Origin: Callorhinchus milii
Taxonomy: Eukaryota
DNA: 64,000 nt
NCBI RefSeq assembly: GCF_018977255.1
Contig: NW_024704743.1
Span: 35,032,001-35,096,000 of the forward strand
Reading direction: 5' to 3'
The notes beneath the pieces are model-generated. The model was given only the letters and a program-made list of their open reading frames with translations, did not search any database and was not told the DNA's origin. Below are positions 11,929-25,092 of this stretch, in pieces (positions within the stretch are counted from its first letter, which is position 1; the number at the start of each line of letters is the position of its first letter). The position numbers and the translations under genes were made by a program.

Positions 11929-14900
11929 CTCTGAGTTCATTTCCTCTGAAACTGGGAACAATCTTGAATCTTTTCTGTCTGATCTTTTGTGAGGATGTGT
12001 GGGCCAGGAATTTTGGGTCAATCATATGAAACGTGACTCAAGCAGCATTCTCTGCATCATAATTTTTTTTCTCTTAGAACAAATGTCACCTTGCAATTTC
12101 TTTACAAGAATATTATTGATGTAAATCATGCTATTTTGATGAACTCTGGCTAAAGATGGAATTCTGATCTCATTGATATTAGGTGCTGTTGTGAGGTATA
12201 TTTAATGTATATTTAGCTATTCTGCTTCAGAATAATTACATTTAAGCTATATTGCTTTCAAATTGCAGTTCCGTGGTTCCCACTTTTACTCAGCCACCAG
12301 ACTGCCTGATGATCCGTCTATGCACAGACATCTTAACTTCACTGTGTAATTACAGCAATAACATCAAGATGTTCACGTGTATGAAGCATCATAAGAATGT
12401 TTTTTGGCAGTCTCTGCTGCACTAAGGCCCAGCTTTTTTCACAATCTACTATTACAGCTACTACTGTTAGTGTAGCTGGGATTCCAAAAAAAAACTCTAA
12501 AAGTGGTTTGTTTATGCACGAGCATCCTGATTTTGCGATATTTATGTAGCTTGGTCTCTACGGTTTGCTGACTTTTCATTATCACATCTGAGCTCTACAC
12601 AGAAACAATTCGGAGATCTGGCTCTGAGATGCGACTAAATAGATTTGAATCAGTGAAAAGCAACTATTTACGCTACCAGAGGCCTGAAATTCCATGTAGT
12701 TTTAGCCTATAAAAACCAATTCATCCTAATTTTAAACATGCGTAATTGTCAAATGTTTAAATTCAATCTTAATCCAGTTATCCCCAGGTTTTAAAGAGCA
12801 AGCTACAATTCGATGCAATTTTAAAACTATATTGTCATAAAATTTAATAGGCTATTACGTGGAATTCTGGCTTCAGTTGCCTCCAGAGACAAAGTAGAAT
12901 TATAAAAGTGATATGTCACAATTTAATGTACCAATAGATTTGTGTAATCATTGCATTTGATATAGTGCCTTTCACATTGCAAGGGTGTCTCAGAGCACTG
13001 CTTCACAGAATATACTGCGAAGTGTAGCAACTGCACATTTGTAGTTGAACACAGCAATTAATTTGCACGCAGCAATCTTAATTCTCTTATCACTTCATTA
13101 ACCCATATGGAAATCATAGAAGTGTACTCCACATTGGCTCAGTGCCAGTAACTGCCATGATAGATAAAAGTAATGTTAAGAAAATGTGAAGTACTGTATA
13201 CTATCCTTCCTTCTCCTAGGAACAGTTGACTTGACATCTAAATAGATTGAGAACGAGTTATGGATTTTTATTTTGTGGTGAAAATAACGTTTTTTGAAGT
13301 AAAGTATTAAATATCTGTCTGTACAATCATTACATGAGAAATGATCACTTGAATTATAACTGAAAAAAGAAAAGTAGATTTCTTGGAAAGGCTGTCACTT
13401 GGCAAATACCCTGAAACCTAGGGTTCTGGGTACTCAGTAGTTCTGTATTTTTACAACTGATTGAAATTAATAGGGCTACAAATATTTTATAGCAATGTGC
13501 AAGTTTTGTGGTTTAATAAATGGCTGTTACTGGAATGAATGACTGCAGAAAATCCAGAAAATATACCAGAAAAATAAATTAATATTGCAACAGAGACAAC
13601 AAAATCATATAATAATAATTCCAGAATGCAATAGTAGCAAGCAAAACCCCAAAAGCACATGCTGTGTAATTACCCCCACAACAAAAGGAAACCACAATTA
13701 CTTCCACAACAAAAGCAAAGGCAATCTGAGAAATGCTGATTGGAATTCCTCAAAAAGAATGTGTAGTATTAATAAGATCACAGCCAAACACCTACCTTTG
13801 AAACAAAGACAAACATATCAACAACCCCAGAGACAAATTCACACCTGGTTACAGGAATGTGACTATAAAACTGAATCTGGCTATAGAACTGGAAACCTCT
13901 AGGAGTTTCTCCTTTCAATGGCATTTTGGAGTTTACTTCAACTCCAGGATAGTGGATTCGCGCATAGTTAGTGGCTTGTAAATTTGGTGGTTAGTGGATT
14001 GTACATTTCTAAAGTACGGAGTTGTCCATATGGCCTAATTCGTGATATGTGCAAACCTGAATTAATGTGTTAATTGCAATGTACAATTTGCAAATATCAA
14101 TTTGCTAGATTCACAAAACAGCTAAGTCACAATAATTGGCAGTCTTATTTTTGAAAAGATAATTAACAAATGCTCTGTTTAAAAAAAAAGGTAATACTTG
14201 GGGAAAATGAGACGGCTTAGCATGAAATATTTAAACAATATATAGCTTTACTATTAATGACAGTGCTATTATTAATAAACATAGTAAACAATGACTGTTT
14301 AATAGCAATCTAAAAAATTTAATTTGGTCAAAAGTAACTTTCTGTCAGAAACTCAACCTTTTTAAAAACTGACCAATTCATGAATAATTACAAAAAAGGC
14401 TTCGATACTGACAAGGGATGTTCCTGAATAAAATTGATGACATACATATGCAATTTTATTGGTTAGGCAATTTGAAAATAATTTCTAAAGGATAAAAAAG
14501 TATGATTGAGAAGGTCGAGAGGAACTGACCACCCACAAAACCTTTGGTTGACCCACAAAGTTTGAGATGCACAAGCTCTTCTTTAGCCCAGTTGAGAGAA
14601 TTTTGAAACAGGAAATCAAATTATTCTTCCCACTCTTAAATGCTGGAAGCTATGACAAATTGACTTAAAAGTAGAAATGAAGCATAGGTCAATATAGAAA
14701 TTCAGTGGTTCCAGTTGGAAAACGAATTGATCTTTAAGATTTATTGCTTCTGTACTAGTTTCATGTTGTCATTAATTCCCATTAATCTCTGTACTAGTAA
14801 ATGGATTTTATACTAGTGAAGTTTTAAGATTTCTCTTTCTTGAATTTTTGTCAAATACGGTAATGAAAAAAACTTTCTTCTCCTTGTACAGAGGTCTGAT

Positions 14901-15424
14901 CTTAAATGATCCTAAACTTACGATTTCAAGAAACATTTGCTCATTTATCTGATTTGCTTTGCTATTCTTCTGCAATAAATATTTTATAATATCGAGTGTG
15001 TTATGTATTGAATGATTTGGCTATAGCATTGAATTGAATGTGTATTAATGTTTTATTGATTATAAGATTATCATTTTGTCTTGAGTTAAGATCCTGAGTG
15101 CAGTTATTAAATAAAGGTACTCGGTTGATTTACGGTTATTTTGGGGTTTGGTGGATATACTGTTACTGTGTGTGTTCCTCACACTCAAAAAACATGACAT
15201 CTGTCCATTGCTCTTCTGAAAAAGAGAATTGCAATTTCTGAATGAAAGTGGAAATTGTTTTTGTCAGTTGCTGAAATAAAATGAAGTTTATTTGTGGTGT
15301 AAATTAATTAGATGAGATGAAGTATCACTAGAGATTGTAGGAGATCATTGAACTTGCCCAGCAAGTGGTGAGGGTCGTTGTCTGCATCAATTACTTGGCA
15401 ACGAATAGATGCAGATTAATAATA

Positions 15425-15632
15425 AATAAATAATAATCCTTGCATTTGATATAGCACTTTTCACGTCGTCTCGACATCTCAAAGCGCTTCACAGAATATA
15501 CTGTAAAGTGAATTGACTGTATATTTGTTGGCAAAACGCAGCAGCCAATTACGCACAGGAGTGTCTCACAAACGGTCGTGGATTGAAGTGACCAATTTAT
15601 CATTTTTTTTGTTTTCTTGAGGGATTATTATC
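15425..15632 (-). mobile_element. 5'-truncated SINE. Similar tail fragments at ~2728-2820, 12950-13075, 42432-42650, 45540-45650, 52590-52770, 60580-60660, 63770-63880
   Basis: aataatccttgcatttgatatagc tail and body match the full-length copies. Confidence 0.85.
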
Positions 15633-17199
15633 AGATTGTTCCAAAATGCTACTAGTTGGGTAAATACTTTTATTTGTACGTATTTTGTTTGTAAGTAGTT
15701 AAAATTAGATATTTCTCAGTATTCTACAGCAACAAAGTTACCAAAATAAAATTTATAAAACCTTTACCTTCTGCTTATTTTTGCTTTTTGTATTGTTCCA
15801 TGTCAGTCTCCATGTTCTATCATCCATAAACTCCAGCACATCGCTCTCTCTCTGGCTTTAAATCTACCTAAAAATCTACCTCTTCAACCGTGCCTGTGAT
15901 CTTCTCCTTCTTTGCTCAGTGTCCAACTCATTGATAGTGGAGTGTTCAGTCGTTCTCCTACGTGAAGAACACTATATAAATACAAGTTGTTGTTGCTGTT
16001 TAGCCCAAAACTTGATATATGTGGATAAATTGAAAAGATTCAGGATAAACAAAAACATCCTTTTTGTTGGTTTTGGAATAATAATATAACTAGGAATTTA
16101 GATTTTTTTCCTGTTTAAATGGAAAATGCTGATGAGCTCATGGGAGTCATTATCTAGCTTGAGAAAATTGCTGAAGCCCACCGTGTAAGCAAATACTGTA
16201 GCTAAATTAACATAGGTAGATAGTCACTTACCAAAGTGCTTCTTGTCAACTTTGCATGCCAATTAAGTTCCCTCACACTATAAGGTTCAGGAACTATTAC
16301 AAAGCTGTACTACGCATAATCTTATCAGTATTTATTTAGCAAGAATATTTTAAAAATTGACAAAGCACAATGCAGATAGTTCCATGTAACATTTTTTAAG
16401 AGGAACCTGGTGGTGAAAATCTAGGAGAAAATGGTCCTTAAAATGAGGTATATAGATTATTTTGGCAATTGAATATTTTGTGGAGCATTGCAATTAGTAT
16501 TCATAATTAGTTTGATTATTAATCACTTACCATGCCTTGCAAATTGCATCCTGTTATACAATCTCCTGCACAATCAATGTAAACCACAAATTTCCTGTAC
16601 ACTTTTAAGACCAAATTTATATCCTTGTGCTGTAGTAAACCAAAACTATATTGAATATCATAATATTGAAACATCTAAACAACCAGTCTATGACGAGTGT
16701 TGTGCCTTATTTAATGCAGTATGTGTAGTATATATCAATAAAATATTTAAGTCTCCAATTCTGGAGATTAGATCTTCTGCTTATCTATTGTTTATAATTA
16801 TTGTTGTTTATTAATTATTGTTTATAATAATGGTTGACAATAGAGGTTCACAAACTGTTTATGCTATTGCATCTGTTCTTGTAATTTGCATTTGAAATGA
16901 AACAATGCATAATTTTTAATGTGCCACTCAGTACCTTGAGATATCACTGCATGAAATCATACATGCTAAATGTTAGACGATCTTGATTTATGTGATCATG
17001 AAATGTATGAGAATTCACTGGACAGGAGCCGGTTAATCTCAATTTAAATGTAGTCTAATTAAATCTTCCAGAGTGTATGTGTGTGTGTGTCTATATACAC
17101 ACAGATAATACACGCTGTTTATTTATGTCTTGTGCCAATAATGTGGAGTTTTGTATTGTTTTTTTAAGTGGGGAGCATTGTTTTATTAGGAGTATCCCC

Positions 17200-17665
17200 T
17201 AATACCTATCAGGAAAGACTGAACAAACTTGGACTTTTTTCACTTGAAAGGAGAAGGGCGAGGGGTGACCTAACAGAGATCTTCAAAATTATGAAAGGTT
17301 TTGATAGGGTAGACATAGATAAGATGTTTCCACTTGTGGGGGAGACCAAAACCAGGGGCCATCATAAAATAATCACCAATAAGAGAGTGGTGGGGATATG
17401 GAACTTGGTACCACAAATTTCTGATGGGTTCTTCGACTTGGAAGGAAAAGTGCTACCGACATCTGCTACCTACATGATTGAAGGAGTTGTTGAGGCGAAT
17501 AGCATAGATGCCTTTAAGGGGAAGCTAGATAAGTACATGAGGGAGAAAGGAATATGCTGATAGGCTTAGTTGAAGAAGGGCAGGAGGAGGCTCATGTGGA
17601 GCATAAATGCCAGCATAGACCAGTTGGGCTGAATGGGCATGTTTCTGCGCTGTATGTTCTATGTA
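17200..17665 (+). mobile_element. CR1-clade LINE 3' end
   Basis: YQERLNKLGLFSLERRRARGDLTEIFKIMKGFDRVD...FKGKLDKYM followed by a gggctgaatgg...tgtatgttctatg tail. Confidence 0.92.
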
Positions 17666-20600
17666 ATACATTTTCAGATTTCCTCTTGGATGTAACTCAA
17701 GAGAAGGTGCAGTAGGGGATGTCCCCTGAAGAGCCACTGTGGTGTAATTAAAACAATATTACACTTAATGGAAGATTGCTTTCTGAATAGCAGTGTGCTG
17801 TACCATCAATGCACTGTGAAATCTGTGTAGTAAAATGGGGGATGGATGATTTCCCAATCTCAGCAATGCTTTTGGAGATTCTGTGAAGGCACGGTCCATT
17901 TAGGAACTTAAACTGTCGGGTTATTTTGCAAATAAAGTATTATACAATCATACCTAATAAATTATATTTATTTAGCATCTTGAAGAGCTTTAAAAAGATT
18001 AGAATGGAGTGAATATTGTATAGGTAAATGCAGCAGATTGCACCAGATATCCTATAGACAGTGATGTTAGAGGCAATATTAGGACCAAGTATACACGAGG
18101 TGAAATGTATTCACCACCAGATGCTTAAATGTAATCTGTTACCCAAATATCCTATGAGCCCAATTCTAATCCCTTGATGGAAAATATCATATTGCTTTGA
18201 AGTTACTTGAAGATATCCTGTTGATTCTCCAAGTTGGCACATATTCTGTGCCCAAGACACACTGTTCCCTTGCAATGCTTGTTTACTTGTCTTTGATCTT
18301 CAGCTTAAACGATTGTTAAAACTCTGTTCAAGAAGGAAAACTCTTTGGTGAACAAGTTGAAGAAAAACTGGAATTGTTTTTTAAAAATAATGAAATCTAA
18401 AAGCAATCCCAAGATTGGACCTGAGGAGGCCGATTTCATAAATAGTTAGCAACTCCATCTACGACAAAAGACATCTTTAATGTCAGACTTTGCGATATAC
18501 GACAGACAATCAATAGTAGGTCAAGGTATAATGCTTAGTCTATTTGCAACTACTGCAGCATTACTGGATTCAACCTGTACATATTTCTGGATAGCGGAGA
18601 TGAAGGCGCATTTGAAGATAGTATGAAGGTAGCAGAAATGAAAAAGATCCCATGACCAAAGGAATGCTTGTTTGCTGAGACAGGTGGCTGTTGTCTTCGA
18701 AGATAGATATTTTCTCACTCTAAAAGGTCGAGGACTATTCGGGTTATTTGGCTACACAGTTGAAAACCCTACTTTTGATATTTACGAGGACACCTTGTAT
18801 AATTGATCCTGTTATACATGAAAAAACAATAACGTTTTGATTGTTTCTAACCAGTTTACAGGATAGTTGGAGTTGGCCCTAATTACATCCAACTTGGTTT
18901 GTAGACGGCCGAACAAGTCTCCAAACTATTCTCTTACACCTTTCAGAGGTCTATGAATGCGCCACTTGGCCTCCTCCACACCATGAAGATACCCGCCATC
19001 CAATGTAATGGAATAGAGGCAAATGATTTTATCATAAATATGTACCATAATCTTTTTTTGAAAGCTGGACCACTAGGATCTTAATTCCCTACCAATTGCA
19101 GTTCAATGCTCTTGGATCTACAATAAATGGCCCTTGGTCCTGCCCCAACTGAATTGTGCCACCCTACATATCGCCCCTATAGATAGTCTTGTGTTTCCTC
19201 ACATGCATCAAGATCCTCTCATCAAAGCTCAATGTATCTGAATGCATATTTATTGCTAAAAGTGAAGACTCTTGGTGCTTGGGTATGTGATGCCTTAGGT
19301 GCAGAGCTCACTGCTTGCTCTGGAAATTTGGAGACCCTTGTAACATCATACAAATAGTTAAATGGGCAGTGAAAACACAAACTACAGTACACAGATCTTT
19401 GAAGATGCTTTACAGGCAATCCATTGAATACTACATATTGTTTTTTGTTAAATACGCATTTTAAATGCTTCACTATAGCCTACAATAATAACATGGATAT
19501 TTTTCAATGTCCCACAAACAGCCATGAGGTGAATAACCAATTTTATTTGGGGGATTGTTGTTCAGGACAAGAGTAGAAACTCCCTTCTCTTATGAAAAGT
19601 GCCATGGGATCTTTAACATCCAGACAGGGCCTCAGTGTAATGTCTTATGTGGAGCACAGCACCTCCAGCAATACAACACACCCCAGTATTGCATTGGAGT
19701 GTCAGCCTAGACTGTATGAGTTCAAATTTCCAATGGGCGGACTTCGATCCCCAACCCATCCTGACTCGGAAGAAAGGGTGCTACCAAGCTGACATCTGCT
19801 GTGTGACATGTATGTGATTTAAGGAGTTTTCTAAGCAGACAAAATAAATGGCTCTGTAATGAGACAAAACTAAACAGCTCTAGATGTCTAATCATTGCTC
19901 TTAGCTCATTCCTCTAACATTAAGGATCATACTCATTGCTCTCTTCTGCACTGCCTCTAGGGCTTCGGAAGCCTCTTTATATCATGGTGACCAGAACTGT
20001 TTGCATGACTCAAGGCACAGCCTGATCAAGAAATTTAATAATAGTTCACACAGGGTAGCATCTTAGAGCGCTTAACAGTGGCAGAGCTTGATGCTGAGCT
20101 AGAGAGAGAGAGGGTCTGACTAAAGCTCTAGCTATCTTCTACTGAACTTCATTCCTCTTTGACTTACTTTGACTTCATCTCCTTAATATATCTATCTTTG
20201 ATTTGTAAGATTTTTAACTTCTCACATCTTAACTTCTGTTTTTTTCACAAAATGCCCCAATATGGAAAGTAGCACTCAATGTATGTATTAGGTGCTGTTC
20301 AGTCGCTCTTTGAAGGCAAATTAACCATCAATCACATTCCTACACTCCTTTGACTTGCATCAGTTCATCAACTCTTGTTAATTGTTTTGTATATCATTTA
20401 TCTTTGGGCTTTTGACAGTTCAAACTTGGAATGATGTTTATTATCTGATATACATTAGTTTGTAAAATTATTTACTGGTTGGGATCCACTCTTAAATTCT
20501 ATATTTTCGTAGTTGGAGTGTTTTTCTTTTTAATTCTATTATTTATGTACTCTACAATTATAACAGTACGACCTCTTACATTCCCATAGCAAGCCTGGCT

Positions 20601-21965
20601 TCCCAGATTTTTTTACAGAGCTTTTCCAATCAATTCACTTATTTTCTATGGATATTCTCTTCCTCTTGAAGATATTTGTATACAGTACTTGGCTTGTTGA
20701 AATAGTACCTTTTAGCAGAAGGTGAAGGACTTGATTCAGTTTTGTGAGGACCCACTCACTAATAGATCCTGAATGAGCCTCTTCTCTCTGGGATCAGTGG
20801 ACGACCAGCAGTGCAGTAAATACTGTACTATTCTTGTTCAACTTCTGATGAAAAGAAATTTGAACAAGCCTCTACCTTATGATGAAAAAAGCTGCCCCTT
20901 AAACTTAATTGCTAAAGTTTTTCACGTTAGCTTTCAGAAGAAACCATATCTCAATGAGGTTATCTCCTATTTTTAATATTGAAAGTCTAGAGCATTTACT
21001 TACTGCTCCACAAAAATGAGGCCTACACATTTAGAAGAGGCAGGGAATTTCTCTGGTAAACAGATAAGTTAATAGATAAGTAATAAAACTCCAAATGATC
21101 ACCCCAGCTGAATATTTCTGGAGAATGATTTAAAGTACAGTTCCCTTTGTTACTTGATGTTATTTGATGAGCCTTGTTTTCATGGATGGTTGTAGATAGT
21201 CAAATTAACATGACTTAATACACGTGCAAACCTCTGACAGCAACTGTGTACTTTTATGACTCATAATATGATCTAATGCTTAGTGTATATCTGTGACCTG
21301 TTTAAATTCCCTCCACATCTCCCGTTGTCTAGCACTTGAGTTCTTTCTTTTATGTAAGCTATGCTAAACAATGTTAGTTCTAAAAGCACTGATGGAACTT
21401 TAATGTAAAAAAAGAGAAAAATGGAAATACAAACGGAATACCAAAACTGCATACTGTAATTTGATGTATTTTTCTGTTTGCTGTTTCTTGAATTTGCCTG
21501 AGACTACCAACATAATGCTCTATTTAGTCAGCTGCCAAATTTTGTTATACTTGGAGCTCACTGGAGTTAATTCAACCTTAACTCAAATAATTATGTAAAG
21601 TTATTTTATTTTAATAAACCTTAAGTCTCAAAATTTTATTCTCCATTTCAAATTGAATGTATACGGTTAGTCCGTTATCTGCTCTAATTATCACACAGGA
21701 AATGTGTGATGCAATGTGTTAGCAACATAACGTCATAACAATGAAAGTTAAATACTTTGATTTTATTGCTCCCTTCACTGTTCTGGAATCCGCTTCCAAA
21801 AGGGGAATCCAGAACAGTGTTCTGATTAGTAACCTGCAGTTTAGGCTACCTCAAATAAAAACAGAAAATGCTAGAAATGTTAAGTGTATCGATCAATATC
21901 TGGTTGGTATAGGCTACTGCCCCTTCAGTTTCTGAAAAAAACAAAAATTTGTTCTGTTCCTGCAG

Positions 21966-22225
21966 GTACATCTCCTACATTCTTAGATGCATTGGGAGCC
22001 AATGGTACAACCAATATTCAAAGTTCAATTACGGGAGTTTCAGCAAACAAAAGGAGATTAATAGAAGAGCGACGGGACCAACCTTTTGATAAGAGACTAA
22101 GGTTCAGTGTCAGACAAACGGAAAGTGCCTACCGATATAGGGATATTGTTGTCAGGAAACAAGATGGGTTTACACACATTTTACTTTCTACCAAGTCGTC
22201 TGAAAACAATTCCTTAAATCCAGAG
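21966..22225 (+). CDS. CDYL: CDYL internal coding exon (first CDYL exon in window; linker and start of enoyl-CoA hydratase-like domain)
   Basis: tgcag|G acceptor, GAG|gtgagt donor. Translates (G)TSPTFLDALGANGTTNIQSSITGVSANKRRLIEERRDQPFDKRLRFSVRQTESAYRYRDIVVRKQDGFTHILLSTKSSENNSLNPE, recognised as vertebrate CDYL. Confidence 0.97.
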
Positions 22226-22714
22226 GTGAGTAGCATTGTTTTCTTTTAAAATCGTACATTTGTAAGAGATTGCACCTTGATTGGTGAACAGGAAAACCTT
22301 TTCTTCAAACCCTACTGTCTATTTATTTGAATTCCGGTGTAGTTCAGGATGAAAACTGTGTTCTTGCCCAACAGTCAGTTCCACTTAAATGTATACCTCC
22401 TAAATGAATACGGATTGAAAGGAGCACCTTGTAACTCCACTGTGATATACTCATTCACGTTAACTAACTGCTGCATTTCTAGCTGTGAGTTTCTGTTAAG
22501 TGAATGCTTCTTGCACAACTTGAGATATTTCAGAGGCACTCTAGTTTACATCCTTTAACCTAAATATATACTGAGTGGTAAATGAGAGGTTGCGGCAAGC
22601 TTGCTAATTCAGTGAATTGGAACAGACTGCAAGATACTGAAGGAAAGTCACACCTGTTCAGTTAGTTAGTCTTGTGCGCCATCTGAAGGTGAAAAATGGG
22701 TATTGCAACTTTGG

Positions 22715-24060
22715 TTAAAACAACAAAATTACATTTATAGAGCGCCTTTCACGTCGGGAGGATGTCCCAAAGCGCTGGACAGTCGGGTCAGGACCCGAGC
22801 ATGGGGGAGGGGTGATATAGGAGTGAGGGAAGGCAGAGAGGCGGGAGGGCGACTGAAGACATGATCGAAGAGGAGGGTCTTGAGACCGGCCTTGAAGGAG
22901 GCAAGGGAGGAAGCAAGGTAAATAGACTGTGGGATGGAGTTCCAGAGGGTGGGGGCAGAGAGGCTGAAAGTCCGGCCACCGATGGTAGAGTGGTCGGGCG
23001 GGAGACATGGAGCAGGCTGCAGCCCCCTGAACGGAGGGATCAGGCAGGTTGGTAGGGAGTCAGCAGGTAGGAGGGGGCAAGGCCATGGATGGCCTTGAAA
23101 GTGAGGACGAGGATCTTGAATTTGATCCTCTGAGGGATGGGGAGCCAGGGGAGTCGGGCGAGGGTGGGAGTGATGGAGTCACGGAGCCTGGTGCGCAAGA
23201 GTACACGAGCTGCAGAGTTTTGGATGATCTGCAGCTTGCGAAGGGAAAAGTTGGGAAGGCCGATGAAGAGGGAGTTTCCATAATCGAGCATTGATGTGAC
23301 AAATGCGTGGGTTAAGGTTTTGGCGATCTGAGGGGTGAGGCAGTGGCGGAGTCTGGCAATGTTGCGGAGGTGGTGGTAGGCAGTGCCGGTCATGGCGCGG
23401 ATGTGGGGGAGAAAGGACAGTTCAGGGTCAAACAAGATACCCAGGTTCCTGACTGGCTTAGTGAGGTTGAGTGTGTAGCCGTGGAGGCTGATGCTGCCAG
23501 CGCCCGAGGTGCGGAGGTGCTGGCGCGAGCCAATCAGGAGGGCCTCGGTCTTGCTGACGTTGAGTTGGAGAAAGTTGTCCCTCATCCAGGACTTGATGTC
23601 AGACAGGCAGTTGGTCAGGACGCCAGTAGTCCTGGAGTTGAGGGTGGAGGCAGAGAGATAGAGTTGGGTGTCATCCACATACATGTGGAAATTTACCCTA
23701 TGTCTGCGGATGATGTCACCAAGGGGGAGCATGTAGAGGGTGAAGAGGAGGGGACTGAGGACAGAGCCCTGAGGAACGCTGCACAAGACGGTGCGGGGTC
23801 TGGAGGAGAAGCCACTTGCAGAGACTAAGTGGAGGCGGTGTGAAAGTTAGGATCTGAACCAGTCAAGGACAGAACCTTGAAGGTTGAGGTGGGAGGAGAG
23901 GTGGTGGAGGAGTATTGAGTGCTCCACAGAATCAAAGGTGGTGGAGGAGGATGAGGAGGCAGAGGGAGCCCTGGTCACACATGGGCAACACGGAAACCCG
24001 ATTGGAGGGGCTCATGGAGAGAGTGGGAGGAGAGGAAAGAGTGAAACTGGGAGGCGACGG
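22715..24060 (-). mobile_element. L2-clade LINE, 5'-truncated
   Basis: ORF 23040-23786 with VPQGSVLSP and [10 protein letters not shown]; same 3' tail as the 845-2112 copy. Confidence 0.95.
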
Positions 24061-24779
24061 CTCTCTCAAGGACCTTAGACAGAAACCCGTATTGGTTAGT
24101 TTTGTTAAAGCCAGTACAGTAAATTGGTAGGAATTCATTATTATGGAGTGATATGGTGAATTGTTACAAGTGAACTGTTAATTTGTATTAACAAGTGTTC
24201 AAATGAAGTTTAAACACAACAGATGTAAACATCCTCTCCATAAAATATAACTGAAAGCATAAATAGAATGTGGTAGTGCGATAATATCCTTCTCACAATC
24301 CTATATCGTTCTTTCCCCCTCCCCCCACCCTAAATATACACGGCACTTGTTATCCGCCATTTAGCTTTTTTTCAGTAGTGTTACATTTTTTACTTTACCT
24401 GTTCAGTCTTCTCCATTTTATCTTTCAGTAACCGATAAACTTAAACATTTTATTGAACTCAGCAGTTTTAGTGCCAATTTCAGCAATGAAGTTGACCAAA
24501 TTCATATTTCATCGGTATATGAATCATTTTTTGAAAAAAATTAAGCAGTCGCTGAAACTCCAACTGCTTGTACATCTCGTGTTGCTTTCATGTTCAGCTC
24601 AGTAATCTAAGAATTATTTGAAGAGTTTTCAAGTGTCCATTAGATGAGTTTATATACTTGTTCTGTTGATTCCTTCTCATGAACTGTACAATTTCAAAGC
24701 CAATTATTGTAAGAGATCTTTCCAGTGCCATTTGTGGCTCAATCCTATAATCCTATATAGTTAATCACAAATAAGTTTC

Positions 24780-25092
24780 CTCCTAACTCCGTACCATCCT
24801 GCTCGGTCCCTCCACTCAGCGGGCCCCGGCCTGCTTCACGTACCCCACCTCGCTCGCCCCACTATTGGGGGCGGACCTTCTACCACTCTGCCCACGCCCT
24901 CTGAAACTGCGTCCCGCAGTCCCTCCGTCTCGCCCCCTCTCTTGCCTCCTTCAAGACTCATCTCAAGACCCTTCTCTTCGACCGTGCTTTCGATCACGCT
25001 GCTTTCCTCCCTGCCCTCCACCCTCTCCGATCCTGACCCCCAGCTCGGGTCCGAAACTCTTGACTCTCCAGAGCCTTAGGACGTCCGCTCAA
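24780..25092 (+). mobile_element. L2 LINE 3' fragment
   Basis: Reverse complement of the 3' ~300 bp of the two longer L2 copies; ends ...aaaggcgctatacaaat. Confidence 0.9.

Noticed and set aside
11254..12021. Cluster of 97-191 aa ORFs
   Set aside because: They span AT-rich intron and a SINE, include an ambiguous base (N at 11339), and show no recognisable domain.
21961..21972. AG|GT at the start of CDYL exons (21966, 35420, 40697) as recursive splice sites
   Set aside because: The bases after GT are poor donors (GTACAT, GTTATG, GTACTT) and are explained by conserved Gly/Val codons.
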